The notes under the pieces are model-generated. The model was not told the DNA's origin, did no database searches, and worked only from the letters and a program-made list of their open reading frames with translations. Position numbers and translations under genes: made by a program. Shown piece after piece: positions 16,693-24,426 of a DNA stretch of 35,664 bases. The number at the start of each line of letters is the position of its first letter. Position 1 is the first letter of the stretch. The stretch lies in NCBI GenBank assembly GCA_020720905.1, contig DYNT01000001.1, positions 1 to 35,664 of the forward strand, given 5' to 3'. The stretch is from Micavibrio aeruginosavorus (GTDB lineage: Bacteria > Pseudomonadota > Alphaproteobacteria > UBA9219).

Positions 16693-18669
16693 GTGCTGGA
16701 TATTCTAGAAGAAATAAAAGAAGCCATAAGCTCCGCATTTCAAGGAAAAGCGGCTGGTGGGCGTGCGTCCGAAATTCCGCCATCAAAGCTGACCAATGTT
16801 GCCCCGCCGACAATCAGAGCTAAGGCAAAAACGTCAGGAGGGATGACGCAATCCTCAAGTGTTTCTGAAAAAGCATCGACGGAAACCTCATCTCAAGAAA
16901 AGGATAAGCAAGAGAGTTCTTCGGATGGCGCGATCTCTGCTGAAAAGCCTGGTGCGATGATTGAACGTCCAGCGGAAATAATCATTGAGGATGAACGTAG
17001 TCTTGCAATTGCTGGGGGCTTAGAGTTTTCAGGCGATGTTCTGACGGTTGAGGGCGGGAAGCTTAAAATTCCTGATGAATCGCGCAATTTATGCGTGTTG
17101 TTTGAAAATGGGATGTGGCTGGTTAGCGCCTCGCACCGGTTGTCTCCGTTGGTGACATCGGTGGCGCAGATGGCGGCGCGACATGGGCATCAGATTAATC
17201 CAGCACGCTATGTAACGCCCAATATCATTCGTCAAGCTTATCTCTATGCTGATAGAAAGGCGTCGGTTTCGCGGCTTGATGATAACGCTGTGCGCCGCCG
17301 TATCGTTGATACGTTGCAAAAGGCTGTTGAAGCTGGAGCAAATGACGTTCATATCGAGGCCAGCGATGGGCGCACCCGCATCGAATTCCGTATTGATGGC
17401 GCCTTGCGCTTGTGGGAGACGTGGACGCAAAAAGAGGGCGAGCTGATGTTGTCGTCCGTTTACTCCCATTCGGTGGGACAATCGGGCGCGACTGCAAATT
17501 GGCAAGAACCTCAAGCGGCCATGTTGACGTCCACCTCCACGGGGCCTGATGCGCTGGCGTTGCCTAAGGGCGTTATCTCGGTTCGCTGTCAGTGGGTTCC
17601 GTTGTCGGATGGGGGGCGCTATTTGGATATGCGCCTTCAATATGACTCGGCGCATTTGTTTGGCGAAAACTTTATTATGGCCGACGTGGACTCCCTTGGG
17701 TTTTCACAAGAACAGCTTAAGGTCGTCCAAAGCCTTCGGCAAGCGCCCGGCGGCATGCGCGTGTTTGCGGGGCCTGTTAATCAGGGGAAGACTACAACGC
17801 TGCGTGTGACGCTTAATCGCCGCATGGCGGAAACCAATATGCAGTTAAACTGTTTGTTGGTTGAAGATCCTCCTGAAGGCGGCATCGTTGGGGCGCGGCA
17901 GGTTGGTGTTTCTTCTTCGGTCAAAGACGAGCAGCGCGAAAAATCTTTTGTTGAAATTATGCGCTGCGCGCTGCGCCTTGACCCTGACATTGTCATGCTT
18001 GGTGAGGTTCGCGACATTCAAACGGCCAAATTCGCCTTTCGTTTGGCGTTAACGGGGCGTCAAGTTTATACGACGACGCACGTTTATGCTGCGCTTGCGG
18101 TTCCGCAGCGCTTGCGCGACATTGGCATGGAACCTTACCTTGTCTATGATCATCATTTGCTTCGCGGTATGTTTTGTCAAAGGTTGCTGCGTGGCATGTG
18201 TTCCCATTGCCGAATTCCGTTGGCTGATGCGCACTCTGAACTGGGGCCGCATTATAAAGACTTGGCCCGTCGTGTTCGGGCAGGGCTTGCCATTATGGAT
18301 TCCTCACGCAAGGGAGGCAGCGTTGGCGTTTATGACCGTTTGTCCGAGCCCGACTTGCGCAATGTTTATATTGCCAATCCAGAGGGTTGTTCCCATTGTT
18401 TCCGTGGTCGCGCAGGAAGAACCATTTGCGCAGAAGTGATCGAAACAGATCAGAAAATCATGGAGCTTTTGCAAGATAACCGCATGGAAGAAGCGCGGGA
18501 TTATTGGCTGTCGCCAACGGGCATGAATGGCGTTACCATGTTGTGGCATTCTTTGGAAAAAATCAGACGTGGCGAAGTTTCTCCTGATGATGCCGAATTT
18601 GAAGTTGGCATTATGGCCACTGAGAAAGAAGTGATCGAAGTTGAACAAAGACTTGGGGTGATGCCATGA
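16693..18669 (+). CDS. pilQ: PilQ-like GspE-family assembly ATPase of type IVb pilus
   Basis: Walker A is GPVNQGKTTT, Walker B-like is DIVMLGEVRD, and the His-box region is QVYTTTHV. A tetracysteine motif reads CSHC...CSHC..GR..ICAEV. The start is uncertain: it is a GTG at 16693, preceding an approximately 130-aa Ser/Lys-rich N-terminal extension. Confidence 0.85.
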   Translation: MLDILEEIKEAISSAFQGKAAGGRASEIPPSKLTNVAPPTIRAKAKTSGGMTQSSSVSEKASTETSSQEKDKQESSSDGAISAEKPGAMIERPAEIIIEDERSLAIAGGLEFSGDVLTVEGGKLKIPDESRNLCVLFENGMWLVSASHRLSPLVTSVAQMAARHGHQINPARYVTPNIIRQAYLYADRKASVSRLDDNAVRRRIVDTLQKAVEAGANDVHIEASDGRTRIEFRIDGALRLWETWTQKEGELMLSSVYSHSVGQSGATANWQEPQAAMLTSTSTGPDALALPKGVISVRCQWVPLSDGGRYLDMRLQYDSAHLFGENFIMADVDSLGFSQEQLKVVQSLRQAPGGMRVFAGPVNQGKTTTLRVTLNRRMAETNMQLNCLLVEDPPEGGIVGARQVGVSSSVKDEQREKSFVEIMRCALRLDPDIVMLGEVRDIQTAKFAFRLALTGRQVYTTTHVYAALAVPQRLRDIGMEPYLVYDHHLLRGMFCQRLLRGMCSHCRIPLADAHSELGPHYKDLARRVRAGLAIMDSSRKGGSVGVYDRLSEPDLRNVYIANPEGCSHCFRGRAGRTICAEVIETDQKIMELLQDNRMEEARDYWLSPTGMNGVTMLWHSLEKIRRGEVSPDDAEFEVGIMATEKEVIEVEQRLGVMP

Positions 18670-19775
18670 GCTTGAATGAGATAGCGATTGATACAGAGGC
18701 GCTTAGTCGCCGATGGGCGCAGCTTCAGTTTAAAAATAATCGCAAGCAACGCTTTCGTGTTTATCGTAAGCTAGAGGGCATGCTTCGCATGAACGAAGCG
18801 CTTTCACGCTCTCTTGACCGCCTTTATCAAAATGCTTCTGAAATGGGGAAGCATCCAGATCGTCCGGCCGCCGTGGCTTTAAGGGAATGGTTTTTGAAAG
18901 ATCGTGAGGGGCTGGGGCTTTCCGATGCGATGGAGGGATGGGTTCCTGATTCAGAACTTTATATGATTCGTGCTGGCGAAGAGTCGGGCACGATGGCCAA
19001 GGCTTTCGCGTCGATCCAAACCATCGGGGCGCGGGCGCGTGAGATGCGCGGTGCTGTGACGTATGCCGTGGCCTATCCAGGCTTTATGATTATCTTGGTT
19101 TCTTTTGTTTTATGGATGTTTGGCGTTAATTTGATTCAAAACATGCGTAAAACAGCCCCTCCCAGTGTTATGGCGGCGATGGGCGGCGTTGCGACAGTTT
19201 CGGATTTTATTGCCAATTGGGGAATATGGGTTTTAGTGGGCATTGCGGCAACATCGATGTTTATTACGGTGACCCTGCCTGTTTGGAAGGGACCCTTGCG
19301 CGCCAAGTTTGATATGTGGCCGCCATGGTCGTGGTATCGCGTTTTGCAGGGCAGTGGATTTTTGTTGGGGCTTTCCGCTCTTTTAGGGTCGCAGGTTCCT
19401 TTGAAAAGAGCCTTAGAGATTTTGGAGGATCAAGCCAAACCATGGTTGCGTGAGCGCGTGGGATCGGCGCGGCAAGAGGTTTTGCGTGGGCGCAATTTGG
19501 GGGAAGCGCTTAGAACAGGGCGTTATAATTTTCCTGATCCGGGCGTCGCGGTTGATCTTGAAATCTTGTCAGAACGCGCCGATGTTGGCAGCGTTATTGA
19601 GCAAGTGACGGACGAATGGATTACGGATCAAATCGAAGTGCTTAAAGGGCAGGCGGCTATTACGCGTAATCTTGGGTTAGCCGTGGTAGGCGGAACAATC
19701 GCGTGGGCGATGCAGTCCGTTTTTGCGGTCGTGACCGAGGTTTCAAAAGGCTCAGGCGGCATGAGCGGCATGTAA
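18666..19775 (+). CDS. pilR: PilR-like GspF-family inner-membrane platform protein
   Basis: The polytopic architecture is of the T2SS-F type. The ATGA overlap with pilQ suggests coupling. The 369-aa size and position match R64 PilR. Confidence 0.85.
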   Translation: MSLNEIAIDTEALSRRWAQLQFKNNRKQRFRVYRKLEGMLRMNEALSRSLDRLYQNASEMGKHPDRPAAVALREWFLKDREGLGLSDAMEGWVPDSELYMIRAGEESGTMAKAFASIQTIGARAREMRGAVTYAVAYPGFMIILVSFVLWMFGVNLIQNMRKTAPPSVMAAMGGVATVSDFIANWGIWVLVGIAATSMFITVTLPVWKGPLRAKFDMWPPWSWYRVLQGSGFLLGLSALLGSQVPLKRALEILEDQAKPWLRERVGSARQEVLRGRNLGEALRTGRYNFPDPGVAVDLEILSERADVGSVIEQVTDEWITDQIEVLKGQAAITRNLGLAVVGGTIAWAMQSVFAVVTEVSKGSGGMSGM

Positions 19776-19792
19776 GGAAAAAGGATAGTACG

Positions 19793-20419
19793 ATGATCAA
19801 GAAAAATCGCGGCATGACGCTTACGGAGCTTGCCATTGTTTTGGGCGCGATGGGGCTTGTCATGGGGGCTGTCTGGGTCATTGTTGGGACGGTATGGGAT
19901 GGCTATCGGTTTCAAAAAATGAGCCAGCAGATCCAAACCGTTACGCGTTCTTTGCAGGATTATTATGGGAACATCGGTGGGATTTATAGTGTACTCGGCC
20001 CTCCCCCTGTTCCGTATGCCGATAATACGGATATAACGGCTATTGTGGACGATGATGATCGGCGTCTTATTCCCATAGAAATGCGCCTGAACAAAAGCGT
20101 GGAGGGATCAGGCCTTCGCCATGCTCTGGGTGGCGTAATGACTGTGCAAAGCATTGCTGCTGGCGGCGGTTTTCGTTTACGGCTGCAAGGCTTGAATCAA
20201 GACGCGTGCATTAAGCTTGTTATGCAGTTTCCCGTGCTTTTGCCTGAGTTGGGTGTGACGTTTATGGGCACGGTTGCAGACAGTACAAATATTGATCTAA
20301 GCAATTTTGTTAATCCAAGCAGCGGGGATGCTCTTCCTCTTTCTCTTCAGAACGCCACGCAGTGGTGCAACGTTCCAACCAATAACGAGGTGCGCTTTGA
20401 GTTCAGAGTTCGTATGTAA
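19793..20419 (+). CDS. pilS: PilS-like type IVb major prepilin
   Basis: RBS AAGGAAAAAGGA precedes the ATG at 19793. The class III signal peptide is MIKKNRG|MTLTELAIVLGAMGLVMG, with Gly at -1 and Glu at +5. Confidence 0.85.
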   Translation: MIKKNRGMTLTELAIVLGAMGLVMGAVWVIVGTVWDGYRFQKMSQQIQTVTRSLQDYYGNIGGIYSVLGPPPVPYADNTDITAIVDDDDRRLIPIEMRLNKSVEGSGLRHALGGVMTVQSIAAGGGFRLRLQGLNQDACIKLVMQFPVLLPELGVTFMGTVADSTNIDLSNFVNPSSGDALPLSLQNATQWCNVPTNNEVRFEFRVRM

Positions 20420-21011
20420 ACGCGCAGGGTTCAGCCTTCTTGAATTGGCCATTGTTTTTGCCATCATTGGCATCGTTTTGGCAGCGCTGTGGGGCGTTGT
20501 CGGTATGGTGCGCGAAAACATCAAACGTGAAGAGGCGGTGGCGCAAATGACGGCCATCGTCGGCAAGATCCGTGACTATTACGCGGGGCGTGCTTGCGCC
20601 TCAACAAATTTCGGTTGTCCAGTCATTGATACGGATTTAACGAATTATTTATTTAGGCAAAGTGTGTTGCTTCCTGAACAACTGCGTGATCGCGTCGCCG
20701 TTCTTTTGGTAGCGGATCATCCGTGGGGATCTGTCGGCGCAAATGGCGTTTTATTAGCGGGTGGCGGCCTTATCGTGCGTTCTGTCGGTGATGGGCGCGA
20801 TTCCTTTCAGGTTGAGCTTCTGGGGCTTAAAGGATCCAGCTGTGTGGCGTTGGCCAGCGCCTTATCAAGCGCGGGTGCGCCAAAGGGGCTGACGGGCATG
20901 ACCATTAATGGAGGTGCTGGCCTAGGGCTTCCCGTTACGCCAGAGGCGGCGGCGGTAGAGTGTGTTGCTGCAACCAACAGGATAAACAGCGTTTATAGCC
21001 TTAGGCTTTAG
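20397..21011 (+). CDS. PilV-like minor prepilin (start uncertain; TTG 20397 or ATG 20328)
   Basis: The class III signal is ...CKRAG|FSLLELAIVFAIIGIVLAAL, with Gly at -1 and Glu at +5. The reading frame overlaps the pilS 3' end. No in-frame ATG lies close to the leader; a TTG sits at 20397. Confidence 0.7.
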   Translation: MSSEFVCKRAGFSLLELAIVFAIIGIVLAALWGVVGMVRENIKREEAVAQMTAIVGKIRDYYAGRACASTNFGCPVIDTDLTNYLFRQSVLLPEQLRDRVAVLLVADHPWGSVGANGVLLAGGGLIVRSVGDGRDSFQVELLGLKGSSCVALASALSSAGAPKGLTGMTINGGAGLGLPVTPEAAAVECVAATNRINSVYSLRL

Positions 21012-21038
21012 GATTACCCCCTTCCTTTTTGAGAAGGC

Positions 21039-21058
21039 AGGCGGACTGCGCCTTTTTT
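21039..21058 (+). terminator. Candidate intrinsic terminator at end of pil operon
   Basis: Stem AGGCG (21039-21043) / CGCCT (21049-21053) has a 5-nt loop and runs into T6 (21053-21058). It lies 28 nt after the pilV-like stop. Confidence 0.45.
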
Positions 21059-21159
21059 GCGGCGAACTTTTTCTTTTTTACTCATAATTTTGCCATGGGG
21101 GTATGGCTTTATAAGAACCATGACGGCTTGTCCGTTCAACCCAACGATGGAGAAACTTT

Positions 21160-21693
21160 ATGAACAAGAAACCTCTTATCATGGCTTCCGCTCTTCTTTC
21201 TGTCATTTTAATTTCCGGCATGGCTCAGGCCAAAACGGAAACGGTTCCCGTCACGTCAGCAACGAAAGTAACGCAGGAGGCCACGGACAAAGCGGCTCGC
21301 CCTATGCCCCCTATGATGGCCAATCTTTCTGAAGCGGGTCAAAAATTATTGCAAGAGGCCATGACGAAAGGACATGAGGCCGACAAGGCAACATTTGACG
21401 ATATGAAAACAAAGAGAAGCGAATTGGGCGAAATCTTAAAGGCCGCCACTTTTGACAAGGCGGCCTATCTTGCTAAGGAGCAAGAGATCCAAGCGCTGCA
21501 CGCTAAAATGACGGCTTCTCATTTTGAAGCCTTCGCCTCGGCAGCTTCTCAAATGACGCAGGAAGACAGGACCCAACTGGCTAACAGGCCACAACACCCT
21601 AGGCAAGGTGGCCTGAACGCGCCTCATGGCAAGATGCGGGATGGCAAAGGCCCCATGCCTATGGCGGGGACTGAAGAGGGAGCCAAGCAATAA
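21160..21693 (+). CDS. Periplasmic Spy/CpxP/ZraP-family-like protein (Met-rich termini)
   Basis: RBS GGAGA. The signal peptide ends GMAQA|K. The body is helical with LSEAGQKLLQEAM and QMTQEDRTQL repeats typical of the LTxxQ family. PMPPMM and GPMPMAG motifs are present. Confidence 0.6.
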   Translation: MNKKPLIMASALLSVILISGMAQAKTETVPVTSATKVTQEATDKAARPMPPMMANLSEAGQKLLQEAMTKGHEADKATFDDMKTKRSELGEILKAATFDKAAYLAKEQEIQALHAKMTASHFEAFASAASQMTQEDRTQLANRPQHPRQGGLNAPHGKMRDGKGPMPMAGTEEGAKQ

Positions 21694-21773
21694 GCGGTTT
21701 GTGAAAAAGAATTGGCGGCGCTTTGCGCCTTGGCATGGCGTCGCCAATGGCTGCTTCAAAAAAGGGGGATAGA

Positions 21774-22208
21774 ATGAAACGATTTTTTGTAAGCTTGATG
21801 GCCATTCTTGTTGTCGCTGTTGTTATCGGTGGGCTTCCAGCTCCAGCACATGCGGACACATCGTTTTCTTTTTCGATTAATGATGGGCATCGTCATCCGC
21901 ATCATCCGCGTCATCCGTCTGTGTGGCATGGGCCGCCTCATGCCCATCCTTTTCATCGGGCGTACTATGCTCCCCATTGGTATGCGCCGCCACCACGTCG
22001 CGTTGTTTATCAAGCGACAGTCGTGCAGCCTGTGCGTTATGTAAGTGAACCCTCTTTATTGGCCGACCCTGTTTCCCCATCGTTTTATAACGGTCAGGGT
22101 CAATTGTGCCGTGAGTACCAAGCCATGACGCAGATTGGGTTTTACAAAGAAATGGCCTATGGCACAGCTTGTTTGCAGCCCGATGGGGCATGGCGTATTG
22201 TGGATTAA
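21774..22208 (+). CDS. His/Pro-rich periplasmic protein with C-terminal surface-antigen-like Cys pair domain
   Basis: RBS AAGGGGGA precedes the ATG at 21774. The signal peptide ends AHA|D. A His/Pro-rich tract reads HRHPHHPRHPSVWHGPPHAHPFH. The C-terminal CREYQ...YGTACLQPDGAWRIV resembles the alphaproteobacterial outer-membrane surface antigen motif. Confidence 0.6.
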   Translation: MKRFFVSLMAILVVAVVIGGLPAPAHADTSFSFSINDGHRHPHHPRHPSVWHGPPHAHPFHRAYYAPHWYAPPPRRVVYQATVVQPVRYVSEPSLLADPVSPSFYNGQGQLCREYQAMTQIGFYKEMAYGTACLQPDGAWRIVD

Positions 22209-22211
22209 GGA

Positions 22212-22799
22212 ATGATGCCCTCGCCACAAGATATGAAAGCGTCTCTTCGCTGTCTTCTGCGAGGGCGACGCAAGGCCGTGAGCGTCTTGGAGGCGCAGAA
22301 GGCAGCCTTAGCGTTGCGCGATGTGTTTTTGGCGCATGTCACATTGCCCCCCCGTGCCTTGGTAGCGGCTTATAGCGCCTGTGGCTCAGAAATCAATCCG
22401 TGTCCCCTTATCCAAGAATTGGAGGCTAGAGGTCATCCCCTTTGCTTGCCGTGTTTGCCTGAAGACGATAGTCTCTTGATGTTTCGTTCCTATGCCTTGG
22501 GAGATCCTTTGCTAATGGGGGCGCACTCTATCCCCGTCCCTTTGGCTGGCGCAGCGCTTGTAGAGCCAGATGTTTTTCTTGTGCCCTTGGTCGGGTTTGA
22601 TCGCGCGGGGCATCGGTTGGGGCAAGGCGGCGGCTTTTATGATCGTGCCCTCGCCCACGCTCGATCTTTGCGTCCTATCAAAGCGATTGGCCTTGCCTAC
22701 AGCGTGCAGGAGGAGCCTTTTCTTCCCCTTGAATCCCATGATAGGGGGCTGGATAGTATTGTGACAGAAAAAGATTTTTTTGACTCTTTCTATTTATAA
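22212..22799 (+). CDS. 5-formyltetrahydrofolate cyclo-ligase
   Basis: The family motif GHRLGQGGGFYDR is present, together with LVPLVGFD and upstream conserved blocks. The size is 195 aa. The exact start is uncertain. Confidence 0.8.
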   Translation: MMPSPQDMKASLRCLLRGRRKAVSVLEAQKAALALRDVFLAHVTLPPRALVAAYSACGSEINPCPLIQELEARGHPLCLPCLPEDDSLLMFRSYALGDPLLMGAHSIPVPLAGAALVEPDVFLVPLVGFDRAGHRLGQGGGFYDRALAHARSLRPIKAIGLAYSVQEEPFLPLESHDRGLDSIVTEKDFFDSFYL

Positions 22800-22954
22800 T
22801 TTCGGGATCGACCCAAAAAGAAATTTATAAAAGAGAGTCGTATTGGCAACACTTTTTATGAATGGTTAGTAAACCGTTAATGAAAGCATTGCCCGCTGAT
22901 TTTCTCCCCTCTACCTTGAACAAAGTGATTCGTTTTGTCAGGGTGCGTCGGTTC

Positions 22955-23449
22955 ATGAGCCTTAGGCCTCTTCTCATCTTGTTTGTTTCGACGGGCAATG
23001 CAGCGCGCAGCTCCATGGCTGAGGCTTTCTTGAACGCTAAGGGCAGTGAAGCTTATCGTGCGCGAAGTGCTGGGGTTGCGCCTTGGGGGGCGTTGGCTCC
23101 ACGCACCAAATCCCTTTTGGAAGACGCAGGGTATCAAACGCATAAACTTTACCCCAAAAAATGGCAGGATTTTTATGCGGCGGCGCATTTGGTCAAGGTT
23201 GATATGATTATAACCTTGTCGCAAGAGGCGCATGACCTCTTGCCCCTTGATTGGCCGCATGATCCTGTGCGGGCTCATTGGCTTGTGGACGATCCTTTGG
23301 CCAGTGAGCGCGCCGATGTGCAAGAATGGAAGTTTCGCAAATGTTATGCGACGCTTGAAGCGCGTGTGGCCACGTTGGTGCGTTGCCGCCCAGCGGCCTC
23401 GGCTAGTGAATGGTTTGTGCGGCTTAAGGAAATCGGGATGGTGGTTTAG
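22955..23449 (+). CDS. LMW-PTP / ArsC (thioredoxin-coupled type)-fold protein lacking all catalytic cysteines
   Basis: The P-loop region ILFVSTGNAARSSMAEAF compares with the canonical (I/V)CTGNSCRSQMAE. ITLSQEAHDLL compares with TLCSDADNNC. The DDP motif is retained. The start is taken at the internal ATG 22955. Confidence 0.7.
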   Translation: MSLRPLLILFVSTGNAARSSMAEAFLNAKGSEAYRARSAGVAPWGALAPRTKSLLEDAGYQTHKLYPKKWQDFYAAAHLVKVDMIITLSQEAHDLLPLDWPHDPVRAHWLVDDPLASERADVQEWKFRKCYATLEARVATLVRCRPAASASEWFVRLKEIGMVV

Positions 23450-23455
23450 GCGTGG

Positions 23456-24421
23456 TTACCGCGTGGCCATAAGCGCCGATACTCTCAGGGCGGCTGGGCC
23501 GATCAAAACGACAAACAGCGGTGGCAAAATAAAAAGAATCATGGGAACTGTCAAAATGGCTGGTAGGGCCGCTGCTTTTTCTTCGGCCTTCATAATCCGA
23601 TCTTCGCGCATTTCGGCAGAGAGAACGCGTAAGGCTTGAGCCAACGGTGTCCCGTATTTCTCCGTTTGAATAAGGGTATTCACAAGGGCAATGATGCTGG
23701 GCAGGGGAATGCGCTCAGACAAGCCACGCAATGCTTTGTGGCGATCAGGCAAAAAGTTTAATTCAACCCCCGTTAAGGCAAGCTCTTCGGATAGCTCTGG
23801 CGCAGTGGGGGCGATTTCTCGGCTCACGCGGTCAAAGGCTGCGTCAAGGCCAAGCCCCGCTTCAGCGCAAATGACAAGAAGATCCAGCGCATCTGGGGTT
23901 GCTTTGCGTAAAACGTCTTCTCGTTTTTGACTCATGTTTTTGACCAAGACATCCGGCAGCATCCAGCCGATGAGGGCGGCCACAAGCGGAATGAATAAAG
24001 CGGCGGAGGCGGGGATATCGATCATTTTGACGATGACGAAAAAGAAAAAGCTCGTCGCGCTCAGGCCTGCCATAAGGGCGAGTTTGGCAAAAAGAAAAAC
24101 AAACATCGTGTCGCGTGAATGATAGCCTGCGCGGCGAAGTTTAAGGCGCAAGCCGTCAAGGCTTTTGCCTTGCGTCAGTTTAAGCCATTCGACCACTTGT
24201 TTCATAAGGCCATGCTTTTGCAAGCTGGCACGGCGCGAGTTTTTCTTACGGCGCTCGCCTTCAAATTCGTCGCGGCGCTGGGCTATGGATTTAAGGCGAT
24301 CGGGAAGGGGATCGTTGTCAATGAACGCTGTCCACACCAACACAACGACGACAAAAGCCGCCAAGCCGCATAAAGCGGCTAGGAAATCTGGACTATTAAA
24401 AAGAGCTCCTATTTTCGGCAT
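23456..24421 (-). CDS. tadC: TadC, Tad/Flp pilus inner-membrane platform protein
   Basis: A T2SS-F-type domain (DALDLLVICAEAGLGLDAAFDRVSRE) and polytopic architecture. It is the last gene of the cpa/tad operon. Confidence 0.85.
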   Translation of the reverse strand: MPKIGALFNSPDFLAALCGLAAFVVVVLVWTAFIDNDPLPDRLKSIAQRRDEFEGERRKKNSRRASLQKHGLMKQVVEWLKLTQGKSLDGLRLKLRRAGYHSRDTMFVFLFAKLALMAGLSATSFFFFVIVKMIDIPASAALFIPLVAALIGWMLPDVLVKNMSQKREDVLRKATPDALDLLVICAEAGLGLDAAFDRVSREIAPTAPELSEELALTGVELNFLPDRHKALRGLSERIPLPSIIALVNTLIQTEKYGTPLAQALRVLSAEMREDRIMKAEEKAAALPAILTVPMILFILPPLFVVLIGPAALRVSALMATR

Positions 24422-24426
24422 GGTGG

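Noticed and set aside
21012-21160. Shufflon, rci recombinase or pilU downstream of the pilV-like gene; ORF 21057-21332
   Set aside because: Only 148 bp with a terminator-like hairpin follows. No inverted repeat sets are visible. ORF 21057-21332 overlaps the better-supported Spy-like gene, which has an RBS and a signal peptide, in another frame.
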